From an uncultured Anaerolineales bacterium (GTDB lineage: Bacteria; Chloroflexota; Anaerolineae; B4-G1; DUEL01): a stretch of DNA of 35,629 nt. The stretch is from positions 1,209 through 36,837 of the forward strand of contig CAZOLN010000008.1 in the NCBI GenBank assembly GCA_964580565.1, read 5' to 3'. Below the pieces are notes generated by a model that was not told the origin of the DNA, searched no databases, and saw only the letters and a list, made by a program, of their open reading frames with translations. Shown here piece after piece: positions 8,229 through 17,145 of the stretch. The first letter of the stretch is position 1; each line of letters opens with the position of its first letter. Made by a program: the position numbers and the translations under genes.

Positions 8229-8256
8229 TGGGTCACCTCCGGTGTATCACCCCTAC

Positions 8257-9324
8257 CTACAACCCCAAAATATCATTGATCTGCTCCAGCAGCCAGCGGA
8301 TGTCCTCCACCGTCAGGTCGCCCATGTGCGCGATGCGGAAGCACTTCTCCTTCAGATCGCCGTAGCCGTTGGAGATGATGGCGCCCCGCTTGCGCAGTTC
8401 CTCGTTCAGCCCGGCGACGCTGATGCCACGGGTGTTCTTGACGTTGGTGACGGTGGGGGAGAGGTACCGCTCGTCGGAGTAGAGAGCGAAATACTCGCGG
8501 GCCCAGTCCTGCACGATGGCCGCCATATCCTTGTGTCGCTGCCACCGGTTCTCCAGCCCCTCGGCCAGGATGTCGTCCATCTGCTTGTTGAGGGCCCAGA
8601 TCAGGCTGATGGCGGGGGTCGCCGGGGTCTGGTGCTTCTCGTACTTCTTATCCATCTGCTCATAGGCGAAGTAATAGCCCGGGTTGGCAACCTGCTTGGC
8701 CCGCTCCCGCGCCCGGTCGCTCACCGCACAGACCGTCAGCCCGGGCGGGAGGGCGAAGCACTTCTGCACGCCGGCCAGGCAGACGTCCAGCCCCCAGGCG
8801 TCGAACTCGATCTTGACCCCGGCCATACAACTGACCGCGTCCACCAGGATCAACACGTCGGGGTACTTCTCCCGGATCATCGGAGCGATCTCCCAGACCG
8901 GGTTCATCACGCCGGTGGAGGTCTCGTTCATCACGATGGTCACCGCGTCGTACTCGCCGCTGGCGAGCGCCTCGTCCACCATCTCCGGCGTGATCGCCTG
9001 GCCCATCGGCACCTCGATCTTGTCGCAGGGGATGCCGTTCGCCTTGGTGATCTGATGCCACCGCTTGGAGAAGGCACCGCAGACGGTGTTGAGGACCTTC
9101 TTGGTGGAGGCCTGCCGGACCGAACCCTCCATCACGCCGGTCGACGAAGAGGTGTAGAGGTAAACCCGCTGCGTGGTGTAGAGCAGTTTCTGGAGTTTGG
9201 GGGTCACCTCGGCCTGCAGCGCCGAGTACTCCGGCGTCCGATGGCCGATCATCGGGGCGGCCTGGGCCTGAAGAATCTCCTCTCGAACGTGCGTCGGACC
9301 GGGGATAAACAGTTTCGGATACAT
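8257..9324 (-). CDS. Class-V PLP aminotransferase (alanine/serine--glyoxylate/pyruvate aminotransferase or archaeal-type SerC-like)
   Basis: LFIPGPT N-terminus, NETSTGV, and LVDAVS...GVQKCFALPPG with a candidate PLP lysine. GAGGAGGTGA SD precedes the ATG at 9324. Confidence 0.85.
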   Translation of the reverse strand: MYPKLFIPGPTHVREEILQAQAAPMIGHRTPEYSALQAEVTPKLQKLLYTTQRVYLYTSSSTGVMEGSVRQASTKKVLNTVCGAFSKRWHQITKANGIPCDKIEVPMGQAITPEMVDEALASGEYDAVTIVMNETSTGVMNPVWEIAPMIREKYPDVLILVDAVSCMAGVKIEFDAWGLDVCLAGVQKCFALPPGLTVCAVSDRARERAKQVANPGYYFAYEQMDKKYEKHQTPATPAISLIWALNKQMDDILAEGLENRWQRHKDMAAIVQDWAREYFALYSDERYLSPTVTNVKNTRGISVAGLNEELRKRGAIISNGYGDLKEKCFRIAHMGDLTVEDIRWLLEQINDILGL

Positions 9325-9363
9325 CGTTCACCTCCTCACAGATGGATTGGTCACCCTATTTAT

Positions 9364-9405
9364 CGACAAACAAAAAGGGGAACGCACGACCGGCATGCAT
9401 TCCCC
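9364..9405 (-). terminator. Intrinsic terminator forming the expression platform of the glycine riboswitch
   Basis: The minus strand reads GGGGAATGCA (9405-9396), a 9-nt loop, TGCGTTCCCC (9386-9377), then TTTTTGTTTGT. The 5' stem strand shares GGG (9403-9405) with the 3' strand of aptamer-2 P1. Confidence 0.75.
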
Positions 9406-9587
9406 CTGTCCACGACCTGAGAGATTCCCCGCCCTCCCACAGAGGGCAGGTTGCCCCGTCGGCGCCCGGCGGGCTCTCCAGGGGAGGCTACGACACGGGG
9501 TCCTTTTACCTGAGAGTTTCGCCGACGCGGTCCGGTCCCCACCGTCGGCTTGCCCCTTCGGTGCCTCTAACGAGGTCTCTCCCCCGT
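9403..9587 (-). promoter_or_regulatory. Tandem glycine riboswitch (two aptamers)
   Basis: Aptamer 1 on the minus strand (9587-9495) reads ACGGGGGAGAGACC..GGCACCGAAGGGGCAAGCC..CTCTCAGGTAAAAGGACCCCGT. Aptamer 2 (9484-9403) reads CCCCTGGAGAGCC..GCGCCGACGGGGCAAC..CTCTCAGGTCGTGGACAGGGG. Both carry the conserved GGAGAG, CACCGAAGGGGCAA-type and CTCTCAGG elements and closing P1 helices (ACGGGG/CCCCGT and CCCCTG/CAGGGG). Confidence 0.85.
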
Positions 9588-9628
9588 ATCTGCCAACGAC
9601 GACCGACCTCAATTGAACCGACGATCCC

Positions 9629-9656
9629 ATTGTAACAAATCCTTCGCAGATGTCAA
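9629..9656 (-). promoter_or_regulatory. Promoter of the riboswitch-controlled operon
   Basis: The minus strand reads TTGACA (9656-9651), a 16-nt spacer ending in TGT (extended -10), then TACAAT (9634-9629). The predicted TSS is about 35 nt upstream of aptamer 1. Confidence 0.6.
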
Positions 9657-9664
9657 AAGCGGAG

Positions 9665-9693
9665 TTGCCACCCCACGATAAGCATACTAAAAT
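9665..9693 (+). promoter_or_regulatory. Promoter of the lipoate-ligase-like gene (leaderless-type spacing)
   Basis: TTGCCA (9665-9670), a 17-nt spacer, TAAAAT (9688-9693). Only 9 nt (CACGACGAA, no SD) separate it from the ATG at 9703. It is back-to-back with the riboswitch promoter, with 8 bp between the -35 boxes. Confidence 0.5.
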
Positions 9694-9702
9694 CACGACG
9701 AA

Positions 9703-10515
9703 ATGGCAAACGGGTACCCGGTTGCGACCTGGCGTCTTATCCTCTCCCCCCCGGCGGACGGGGCCACCCATATGGCGGTGGACGAGGCGATCTGGGAGGC
9801 CGTCGCTGAGGGCCGGGCGCCCCCCACCCTGCGGCTCTACGCCTGGTCGCCCCCCTGCCTCTCACTGGGGCGCAACCAGCCCGCGGCGACCGTCAACCGG
9901 CGGGCCCTGCAGGAACGGGGGTACGACCTGGTACGCCGTCCCACCGGCGGGCAGGCCGTCCTCCACATCGACGAACTGACCTACTCCGTGGTCCTCCCCC
10001 TCGCCGACCCCCGCGCCCAGGGGGACATCCTGGAAAGTTGTGCGCGGCTCAGCGCCGGACTGGTCCGTGCGCTGGAGATCCTCGGCGTGGTCGGGGCCAC
10101 CGCCCGCCGCCGCCCCCACCCACCCCAGGCGCGCGGGCCGGTCTGCTTCGAGACGACGGCCGACTTCGAGGTCGCCGTCGGCGGGAGGAAACTGATCGGC
10201 AGCGCCCAGCGCCGGGGGCGCGGGACCCTCCTCCAGCACGGCGCGCTCCCCCTCTGGGGGGACATCACCCGCATCTGCCCCCTCCTCGTCCCGCCGGCCG
10301 ACCCCCAGCGGGTGGCGGCGCGCGCCACGACCCTGGAGGCGGTCCTCGGCCGCCGGATCACGTGGGAGAAGGCTGCGGAGGCTATGACAGAGGGGTTTGC
10401 CCAGGCGCTGAACCTCCACCTAGAACCCGGCGGCCTGACGCCGGAGGAGCGCCAGCGGGCCGAGCAACTCCGGCGGGAAAAGTACGCCAGCGAAGAGTGG
10501 ACCGGCCGGGTCTAG
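9703..10515 (+). CDS. Lipoate-protein ligase A / octanoyltransferase family protein (BPL_LplA_LipB domain)
   Basis: WRLILSPP..GATHMAVDEAIWEAV, PTLRLYAWSPPCLSLGRNQ, RRPTGGQAVLH and GRKLIGSAQRR are typical of LplA-family proteins. Confidence 0.85.
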   Translation: MANGYPVATWRLILSPPADGATHMAVDEAIWEAVAEGRAPPTLRLYAWSPPCLSLGRNQPAATVNRRALQERGYDLVRRPTGGQAVLHIDELTYSVVLPLADPRAQGDILESCARLSAGLVRALEILGVVGATARRRPHPPQARGPVCFETTADFEVAVGGRKLIGSAQRRGRGTLLQHGALPLWGDITRICPLLVPPADPQRVAARATTLEAVLGRRITWEKAAEAMTEGFAQALNLHLEPGGLTPEERQRAEQLRREKYASEEWTGRV

Positions 10516-10518
10516 CGA

Positions 10519-10590
10519 ACCACAGAGACACAGAGGACACAGAGGTCTCTCTATTTTTGAGGACCTCTGTGTCCTCTGTGCCTCTGTGGT
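10519..10590. repeat. REP/MITE-like palindromic element, CACAGAGG family (copy d, best preserved)
   Basis: ACCACAGAGACACAGAGGACACAGAGG (10519-10545) and CCTCTGTGTCCTCTGTGCCTCTGTGGT (10564-10590) are 26/27 complementary with an 18-nt AT-rich loop. It fills the gap between convergent stops at 10515 and 10594. Confidence 0.9.
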
Positions 10591-10593
10591 GAA

Positions 10594-11463
10594 TTACGGT
10601 CCGAGCACGATGACGTTGATCACCGTGGGCAGAACGACGTGGTCGCCCCCCCCGGCGAGCGGAACCCGCGCCTGAGGCGCTCCGCCGAGGTAGAGGCCGA
10701 CGGCGAGCCGGGCCTCGCCGGTGTACGTTGCTCCTTCATCGTTGAACACCAGCACGTGGGGGTCGACGATCACCTCACCGGCGACCCACCCGGTCGTCGG
10801 TCGGGTCCCACCAGCGGGGGGACCGTCGTGCTGGGCGATGAGCCGCCCGTCCGGCGTCAACAAATGGGTGAAGACGACGTAGTCCGCCGTCGCCGCGCCC
10901 TCCAGCGCTCGCCAGTAGAGGGTCAAAGCGACCCCCTCGCCGCTGGTCACCTGATCGTTCGCCAGGTCGTATCCGATCAGTTCGGCCACGTCGCCGAAGC
11001 GGGCGCCCACCGGAATCGAAGGCAGGCCCTCTCCGGCCGGAGCCGCTGGCGTGCTCGTCGGTGGCTCCGTGGGGAGAGCGGTCGGTGGCGGAGGAGGGGG
11101 GACCGTCGGAGGAAGGGTCGGCAATTCGCCCGCCACCGGCGTGGCGGTCGGCGTGGGAGAGGGGATCGGCGTCAACCCGAACGAAACCTCAGGCGTGGGG
11201 GAGGGTTCCAGGTCGGGCAGGGCGCGGGGGAGGAGGTAGGATTGCAAGAGGAACACCGCCACACCGACCAGCACGAACCCCAACGCGGTTCCCCACAGCC
11301 GATTGGCCTGGGCGATCATCATCTCCCGCTCAAAGGTGGTCAGGCTGGCCCCCAACCGCTGCTGCACGGCGAGGGCCCGGAAGATATAGATGAGGGCCCC
11401 CAGACCGCACGCCGCATAGATGATCCAGGCGAAATCGACCAGCCAGGCCAGAAGGACCTTCAT
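10594..11463 (-). CDS. Membrane-anchored protein with Pro/Thr-rich linker and a C-terminal LxGYDL...TLYWR domain
   Basis: Two N-terminal hydrophobic helices, a PSPTPTATP...PPPPPP linker, and a C-terminal domain resembling the C-terminus of the DUF2723 protein at 27036-29168. The start overlaps the PNP stop (ATGA). Confidence 0.7.
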   Translation of the reverse strand: MKVLLAWLVDFAWIIYAACGLGALIYIFRALAVQQRLGASLTTFEREMMIAQANRLWGTALGFVLVGVAVFLLQSYLLPRALPDLEPSPTPEVSFGLTPIPSPTPTATPVAGELPTLPPTVPPPPPPTALPTEPPTSTPAAPAGEGLPSIPVGARFGDVAELIGYDLANDQVTSGEGVALTLYWRALEGAATADYVVFTHLLTPDGRLIAQHDGPPAGGTRPTTGWVAGEVIVDPHVLVFNDEGATYTGEARLAVGLYLGGAPQARVPLAGGGDHVVLPTVINVIVLGP

Positions 11464-12302
11464 AGCCGCCTCAACACCCCACGGACGATCGCCTCGAGGC
11501 GTGGCGCCAGCAGCCGCCCGGCCTCCAGCACCTCCTCGTGGGTCGTCTCCGCCGGTGGCTCATCCTCCCCCGTCAGCACGTTGCTGATGCCGGAGAGCCC
11601 CAGCACCCGCATCCCCCCGTGCCGGGCGACGATCACCTCCGGTACGGTGGACATCCCCACCGCGTCGGCGCCGATCAGCCGGAGGAAACGGACGTCCGCC
11701 GGACTCTCGAAGTTGGGCCCCGCCAGGCAGACGTAGACCCCCTCGTGGACGGGGATCCCGGCCTCCTGCGCCACCTGCAACGCCAGGGCCCGTAGCGCCG
11801 GATCGTAGGCACGGGTCATATCCGGAAAGCGCGGGCCAAACCGATCCAGGTTCGGCCCCCGCAGCGGGCTCTGCCCCGCCATGCCGATCAGGTTGATGTG
11901 GTCCCGGATAACCATCACGTCCGCCGGTTCGAAATCCAGGTTCAGACCACCAGCAGCGTTGGTCACAATCAGCGTTCCCACCCCCAGGGCCTGCATCACC
12001 CGGATGGGGAGGGTCACCTGGGCCATCGAGTACCCTTCGTAGTAGTGGGCCCGCCCCTGCATCACCATCACCATCTGGCCCTCGAGCCGACCGACCACCA
12101 GCCGCCCTGCGTGTCCCTCGACGGTGGCCTGGGGGAAGTGGGGGACCTCCGTATAGGGGATCACCGTCGCCGCTTCGACCGCCTCCGCCACCCCGCCAAG
12201 GCCGGAGCCCAGGATGATGCCGACCCGCGGGAGGTCGGTCAGAGACCGGCGGACCGCCGCCGCCGCCTCTTCGATCGTCTCCATCGTCACGAACTCTTCC
12301 AC
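11460..12302 (-). CDS. punA: Purine nucleoside phosphorylase (PNP/MTAP family, PunA-type); GTG start
   Basis: ILGSGLGGVAE, VEGHAGRLVVGRLEGQMVMVMQGRAHYYEGY, TNAAGGLN and GMSTVPEV. GGAGGAGGTGA SD lies upstream. Confidence 0.88.
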   Translation of the reverse strand: MEEFVTMETIEEAAAAVRRSLTDLPRVGIILGSGLGGVAEAVEAATVIPYTEVPHFPQATVEGHAGRLVVGRLEGQMVMVMQGRAHYYEGYSMAQVTLPIRVMQALGVGTLIVTNAAGGLNLDFEPADVMVIRDHINLIGMAGQSPLRGPNLDRFGPRFPDMTRAYDPALRALALQVAQEAGIPVHEGVYVCLAGPNFESPADVRFLRLIGADAVGMSTVPEVIVARHGGMRVLGLSGISNVLTGEDEPPAETTHEEVLEAGRLLAPRLEAIVRGVLRRL

Positions 12303-12323
12303 GTCACCTCCTCCGACCTACAC

Positions 12324-12827
12324 CTAGTCCTCTATCGGTCCCCCGCCGGTCAACTCCCCCTTGGCCGTCAGGATCGCCGCTTTGAGACGGATCGGATGGG
12401 CGACCCGCTGAAACTTGTCCACCCCCGTCTCCGTGCCGGAGATGACCCGCAGGTCGCCGTAGTCCAGGATCCGCCCCAGGAGACTCTGCTGGAGCACGAG
12501 GTCGTTGACCTTCTCCAACGAAGTGTCCGAGACATACTTATCGAACGTACCCCGCACGTCGATCACCCGCCGGCTGGTGACGATGTACTGTTCGCTCCGC
12601 CACCGGATGAACTGGATGGAAAAATGGACCACAGGGACCACCAGCAGCAGGAGGAGCAAAAGGGAAAATTGCACCTGGAGGAAAACCACCCCCGCCACAG
12701 CAAGGGCAACGATCACAACAGCGACCCCGAGATCGACCAGGATGGTCGGCAGCAGTGCCAGCCAGTGACGCCGGGTCACGAAGAGGATCTTCTCCCCCGG
12801 AACCAGCAGTTTCTCCACATATCCCAT
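12324..12827 (-). CDS. PH-domain (bPH_2/YdbS-like) membrane protein
   Basis: LLVPGEKILFVTRRHWLALLP is followed by two TM helices and then a soluble domain, the layout typical of the DUF304/bPH_2 family. GGAAGGAG SD present. Confidence 0.7.
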   Translation of the reverse strand: MGYVEKLLVPGEKILFVTRRHWLALLPTILVDLGVAVVIVALAVAGVVFLQVQFSLLLLLLLVVPVVHFSIQFIRWRSEQYIVTSRRVIDVRGTFDKYVSDTSLEKVNDLVLQQSLLGRILDYGDLRVISGTETGVDKFQRVAHPIRLKAAILTAKGELTGGGPIED

Positions 12828-12890
12828 CGGACATCTCCTTCCAGAGCTGGGTAACGACGGCCCCTACCAACGCCGTGAACCGGCCCTGCC

Positions 12891-12918
12891 ATTATACCGG
12901 GTTCGCTTTTCCTCACAA
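12891..12918 (-). promoter_or_regulatory. Candidate promoter of the PH-domain/PNP operon
   Basis: The minus strand reads TTGTGA (12918-12913), a 16-nt spacer, then TATAAT (12896-12891). Confidence 0.45.
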
Positions 12919-12948
12919 GCCACTCCAGACACTCGTGCGGTGGATGAA

Positions 12949-13010
12949 ACCACAGAGACGCAGAGGACACAGAGAAATAAAATTTGAGAGAACCTCCGTG
13001 CCTCTGTGGT
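12949..13010. repeat. REP/MITE-like palindromic element, CACAGAGG family (copy e, shortened right arm)
   Basis: Left arm is ACCACAGAGACGCAGAGGACACAGAG (12949-12974). Right arm is CCTCCGTGCCTCTGTGGT (12993-13010). It lies 19 nt downstream of the queA stop. Confidence 0.8.
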
Positions 13011-13028
13011 GAGACCGCGTAAGCCCGC

Positions 13029-14096
13029 TCAGAGAATCAACATCGCATCCCCGAAACTGTAGAAACGGTAACGGAGCCGGATCGCCTCCTGGTAGGCCTT
13101 GTCCATCAACTCCTTCCCGCAGAAGGCGGCCACCAGCATCAGAAGGGTCGATCGAGGGAGATGAAAATTGGTGATCAACACGTCCACTACACGAAAGCGA
13201 AAACCCGGGTAGATGAACAGATCGGTGTTGCCCTCGAAGGCCGCCACCGTCTGCCAGCCGCAGCAGGTCCCCTCCGACACCCCCTCCGTGGCCCTCAGCG
13301 CCGCCGTCTCCAGCACCCGCACCGAGGTGGTCCCCACCGCCACGACCCGCCCCCCTTCCAGCTTCGTCCGGTTGATCTGCTCGGCCACTTCCGGCCGGAG
13401 AGAGCAGTACTCCGTGTGCATCCGGTGGTCCTCCACCCGTTCCTCCCGCACCGGCTGGAACGTATCCAGCCCCACGTGCAGGGTGACGAAGGCCAGCCGG
13501 ACGCCCATCTCCCGCAGCCGGAGTAGGAGTTCGGGCGTGAAGTGGAGCCCAGCGGTGGGGGCGGCCGCCGAACCGGGCGTGCGGGCGAAGACGGTCTGGT
13601 ACCGTTCGGGGTCGCGCAGCGGCTCGTGGATGTAGGGAGGCAACGGCACCTGCCCCACCTCCTCCGCCAGGGAGAGGACCGGCCGGTCGAAGGCCAGCAC
13701 CCGCAGGCCCCGCTCTCCCTCCTCGACGACCTCCGCCTCCGCCCCGACCGGCTTCCCCTCCGGTCCGTCGAGGATCGTCAGCCGCAGCCCCGTCCGCACC
13801 CGCCGCCCCCGCACCAGGACCTCCCACACCGCCTCGGACCGAGGCCGGAGGAGCAACACCTCCACCTGTCCACCGGTCGGCTTGCGGGCGAAGAGCCGTG
13901 CCGGGATGACCCTGCTCTCGTTGAAGACCAGGAGATCGCCAGAGCGCAGGTACTCCGGTAGGTCCCGAAACCGACGATGGGCCAACTCCCCCGTCGCGCG
14001 GTTCACTACCATGAGGCGCGCGGCATCCCGCGGCTCGACGGGGGTCTGGGCGATCAACTCCGGTGGAAGGTCGTAATCGAAATCGGCGGTCCTCAC
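13029..14096 (-). CDS. queA: S-adenosylmethionine:tRNA ribosyltransferase-isomerase
   Basis: MRTADFDYDLPPELIAQTPVEPRDAARLMVV N-terminus, plus LPPYI, FTLHVGLDTF-like and FYSFGDAMLI C-terminal motifs. Confidence 0.95.
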   Translation of the reverse strand: MRTADFDYDLPPELIAQTPVEPRDAARLMVVNRATGELAHRRFRDLPEYLRSGDLLVFNESRVIPARLFARKPTGGQVEVLLLRPRSEAVWEVLVRGRRVRTGLRLTILDGPEGKPVGAEAEVVEEGERGLRVLAFDRPVLSLAEEVGQVPLPPYIHEPLRDPERYQTVFARTPGSAAAPTAGLHFTPELLLRLREMGVRLAFVTLHVGLDTFQPVREERVEDHRMHTEYCSLRPEVAEQINRTKLEGGRVVAVGTTSVRVLETAALRATEGVSEGTCCGWQTVAAFEGNTDLFIYPGFRFRVVDVLITNFHLPRSTLLMLVAAFCGKELMDKAYQEAIRLRYRFYSFGDAMLIL

Positions 14097-14103
14097 CCCA
14101 AAC

Positions 14104-14337
14104 TCACTTGTTCAACAACCGGGCGATAATGTTCAGCACGACCGTCAGCAGGATGCTCAGAAGGATCGAGCCCAGCACGGGAACGATGCAGGTGAACCCC
14201 GGGCGCTCGATGCGGATGGTCCCAGGGAACTCGCCCAGGCCCGGGAAGCGGGCCAGCAGCCAGATGAGCCCCCCGACGACGATCATCATCACGCCGCCGA
14301 GGATCAGCATCTTTCCCATCCACTCAAACCCTTCCAT
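14104..14337 (-). CDS. DUF2905 family small membrane protein (start trimmed to MEGFEW...)
   Basis: GKMLILGGVMMIVVGGLIWLL...PGTIRIERPGFTCIVPVLGSILLSILLTVVLN matches the DUF2905 pattern. GGAGGAGG lies directly upstream of the ATG at 14337. Confidence 0.75.
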   Translation of the reverse strand: MEGFEWMGKMLILGGVMMIVVGGLIWLLARFPGLGEFPGTIRIERPGFTCIVPVLGSILLSILLTVVLNIIARLLNK

Positions 14338-14396
14338 ACCTCCTCCCGAACTGGGTGTCGTCGATTCTGGATCTCGGTCCCCAATCAACGCGCCCT

Positions 14397-15416
14397 CTAA
14401 AACAAGGTGGGCTGATCCACCCTTTCGTAGGGGATTCCCAGATGCTCGTAGGCCCGCACCGTGGCGACGCGGCCGCGAGGGGTCCGTTCCAGGAAGCCGA
14501 TCTGGAGGAGATACGGCTCCACCACGTCCATCACCGTGTCCGCCTCCTCGCTCACCGCCGCCGCGATGGTCTCCAGCCCCACCGGCCCCCCACCGAACTT
14601 CTCGATGATGGTGCGCAGGACCTGTCGGTCCAGTTCGTCCAGCCCCATCTCATCCACTTCCATCAGCGAGAGCGCTTCCTGGGCCACCCGCCGCGTGATC
14701 CGGCCGTCGGAGCGGACCTGGGCGTAGTCCCGCACCCGCTTCAGGAGGCGCAGCGCAACGCGGGGGGTGCCCCGCCCCCGCCGGGCGATCTCCGCCGCCC
14801 CTCCCTCGTCCAGCGCCACCCCGAGGACCCGTGCCGCCCGGCGGACGATGGCCTCCAGCGAGGCCTGGTCGTAAAAGTCCACCCGGAAGGTCGCTCCGAA
14901 CCGGGCGCGCAGGGGGGCGGTCAGCAAGGCCAGCCGGGTCGTCGCGCCGACCACGGTGAACCGAGGCAGTTTCAGCCGGATGGAGCGGGCGCTGGGCCCC
15001 TTGCCCACCACCAGGTCGAGCACGAAGTCCTCCATCGCCGGGTAGAGGATCTCCTCCACCGCCCGGCTCAGCCGGTGGATCTCGTCGATGAAGAGGACCT
15101 CCTTCTCCCGCAGGTTGCTGAGGATGGCGGCGAGGTCCCCTGCCCGTTCGATGGCGGGGCCGGAGGTGACGCGGATCGGGACCCCCATCTCGCGGGCGAT
15201 GATGTGGGCCAGGGTGGTCTTCCCCAGGCCCGGCGGGCCGTAGAAAAGGACGTGGTCCAACGGCTCCCCCCGCTGCCGGGCCGCCTCGATGAGGATCGAC
15301 AGATTCTCCCGCACCCGATCCTGCCCGATCAGGTCGACCAGCCGCTGGGGGCGCAGCGCCTGGTCCAGTTGCACCTCGTCCGGTCGAGATGTCGGTGAGA
15401 TCAACCGATCGTCCAT
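14397..15416 (-). CDS. ruvB: Holliday junction branch migration helicase RuvB (start trimmed to MDDRLISP...)
   Basis: [12 protein letters not shown], Walker [21 protein letters not shown] and [16 protein letters not shown]. Confidence 0.95.
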   Translation of the reverse strand: MDDRLISPTSRPDEVQLDQALRPQRLVDLIGQDRVRENLSILIEAARQRGEPLDHVLFYGPPGLGKTTLAHIIAREMGVPIRVTSGPAIERAGDLAAILSNLREKEVLFIDEIHRLSRAVEEILYPAMEDFVLDLVVGKGPSARSIRLKLPRFTVVGATTRLALLTAPLRARFGATFRVDFYDQASLEAIVRRAARVLGVALDEGGAAEIARRGRGTPRVALRLLKRVRDYAQVRSDGRITRRVAQEALSLMEVDEMGLDELDRQVLRTIIEKFGGGPVGLETIAAAVSEEADTVMDVVEPYLLQIGFLERTPRGRVATVRAYEHLGIPYERVDQPTLF

Positions 15417-15425
15417 CACGGGGGA

Positions 15426-15431
15426 ATTATA
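15426..15431 (-). promoter_or_regulatory. -10 box (TATAAT) 9 nt upstream of the ruvB ATG, leaderless-type
   Basis: The minus strand reads CCCGGTATAATTCCCCCGTG-ATG. There is no SD and no good -35. Confidence 0.35.
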
Positions 15432-15486
15432 CCGGGATTGGAAGGAAAGGGGAAGTCGGAGCGCCCTCCCCGAAGGAGATCCCGGC

Positions 15487-15515
15487 TTGTGTTTCGCCGC
15501 GTGCTGTGCTACAAC
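15487..15515 (+). promoter_or_regulatory. Candidate glpK promoter
   Basis: TTGTGT (15487-15492), a 17-nt spacer ending TGC (extended -10), TACAAC (15510-15515). AGGAGG SD lies at 15533-15538. Confidence 0.4.
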
Positions 15516-15544
15516 AATCCGCAAAGAACTTCAGGAGGAAAAGG

Positions 15545-17065
15545 ATGGGATCACAACCCCGGTACGCCGCAGCGATCGACCAGGGCACGACGGGCACCCG
15601 CTTTATGATCTTCGACCAGCAGGGGCGGGTCGTCGCCTCCTGCTACGAAGAGCACACCCAGATCTACCCCCAGCCCGGGTGGGTGGAACACGACCCACTG
15701 GAGATCTGGGAAAAGACCCGACGGGTGATCGCCGGTGCGCTAAAGCAGGGAGGCATCCCACCGGAGCAGATCGCCGCCATCGGGGTCACCAACCAGCGGG
15801 AGACCACGGTGGTGTGGGACCCGAAAACCGGCGAGCCGCTCCACAACGGTATCGTCTGGCAGGACACGCGGACGAGGGAGATCTGCCAGCAACTGCTCGC
15901 CGAGGGGATGGAAGAGACCTTCCGCGCCCGGACCGGCCTCCCCATCGCCACCTATTTCTCCGGGCCGAAACTGAAGTGGCTGCTCGACAACGTCCCCGGC
16001 CTGCGGGAGAAGGCAGAACGGGGAGAGGCGGTCTTCGGCACCATCGACACCTGGATCGTCTGGAACCTGACCGGTGGGCCCGAAGGCGGGGCACACGTCA
16101 CCGACGTCACCAACGCCAGCCGGACGATGCTGATGGACCTGCACCGGCTGGACTGGGACGACGAACTGCTGGAGGTCCTGAACATCCCCCGCCGGATGCT
16201 CCCCCAGATCCGCCCCTCGTCCGACCCCGCCCTCTACGGGACGACGGCGGCCGACGGCCCCGTGGGAGCGTCGCTCCCCGTCTGCGGGGACCTGGGAGAT
16301 CAGCAGGCGGCTCTCTTCGGCCAGGCCTGCTACGAGCCGGGTGAGGCCAAGAACACCTACGGCACCGGCTGCTTCATGCTCCTCAACACCGGCTCCGAGC
16401 CGGTCCCCTCCAAAAGCGGCCTCCTCACCACCGTCGCCTACGGCCTTCCAGAGGGAACCACCTACGCCCTGGAGGGCTCCATCGCCATCACCGGCGCGGC
16501 GGTCCAGTGGCTGCGGGACAACCTGGGGTTGATCCAGGACGCGGCGGAGACGGAGGAGATCGCCCAGAGCGTGGAGGACGCCGGGGGGATCTACTTCGTC
16601 CCGGCCTTCTCCGGCCTCTTCGCCCCGTACTGGGATATGGACGCCCGCGGCGTCATCGTCGGCCTGACCCGGTATGTGACCCGCGCCCACCTGGTGCGGG
16701 CCACGCTGGAGGCGATCTGCTACCAGACGCGGGACGTGCTGGAGGCGATGCGGGCCGACTCCGGCATCGAACTGACCGCCCTTAAGGTGGACGGCGGCGC
16801 GACGGTCAACGACTTCCTGATGCAACTTCAGGCCGACATCCTGGGCGTTCCCGTGATCCGACCCAAGGTGAACGAGACGACGGCGCTGGGCGCGGCCTAC
16901 GCCGCCGGCCTGGCGGTGGGGTTCTGGTCGGACCTGGCGGAACTGCGGGAGAACTGGGGCGTGGACCGCGTCTTTGAGCCCCGGTGGGACGAGGCCCGAC
17001 GGGAGGCGGCCTACGCGGGGTGGAAGCGGGCCGTCGAGCGGAGCCGCGGCTGGGTTCAGGGGTGA
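15545..17065 (+). CDS. glpK: Glycerol kinase (start trimmed to [17 protein letters not shown]...)
   Basis: [57 protein letters not shown] and KVDGGA are diagnostic FGGY/GlpK motifs. Confidence 0.96.
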   Translation: MGSQPRYAAAIDQGTTGTRFMIFDQQGRVVASCYEEHTQIYPQPGWVEHDPLEIWEKTRRVIAGALKQGGIPPEQIAAIGVTNQRETTVVWDPKTGEPLHNGIVWQDTRTREICQQLLAEGMEETFRARTGLPIATYFSGPKLKWLLDNVPGLREKAERGEAVFGTIDTWIVWNLTGGPEGGAHVTDVTNASRTMLMDLHRLDWDDELLEVLNIPRRMLPQIRPSSDPALYGTTAADGPVGASLPVCGDLGDQQAALFGQACYEPGEAKNTYGTGCFMLLNTGSEPVPSKSGLLTTVAYGLPEGTTYALEGSIAITGAAVQWLRDNLGLIQDAAETEEIAQSVEDAGGIYFVPAFSGLFAPYWDMDARGVIVGLTRYVTRAHLVRATLEAICYQTRDVLEAMRADSGIELTALKVDGGATVNDFLMQLQADILGVPVIRPKVNETTALGAAYAAGLAVGFWSDLAELRENWGVDRVFEPRWDEARREAAYAGWKRAVERSRGWVQG

Positions 17066-17068
17066 AAA

Positions 17069-17141
17069 ACCACAGAGGCACAGAGGACACAGAGGCTCTT
17101 TAACTTTAGAGAAATCTCTGTGCCCTCCGTGTCTCTGTGGT
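17069..17141. repeat. REP/MITE-like palindromic element, CACAGAGG family (copy f)
   Basis: Left arm is ACCACAGAGGCACAGAGGACACAGAGG (17069-17095). Right arm is CTCTGTGCCCTCCGTGTCTCTGTGGT (17116-17141). It fills the gap between the convergent stops of glpK (17065) and the MBL gene (17146). Confidence 0.9.
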
Positions 17142-17145
17142 GAAA

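Noticed and set aside
7317-9324. Annotating the riboswitch-controlled pair simply as serC/serA (phosphorylated serine biosynthesis).
   Set aside because: The dehydrogenase lacks the ACT regulatory domain. The aminotransferase is the AGXT/class-V type. The leader is a glycine-activated (ON) riboswitch, which argues against a biosynthetic role. Gene symbols were therefore left blank pending substrate data.
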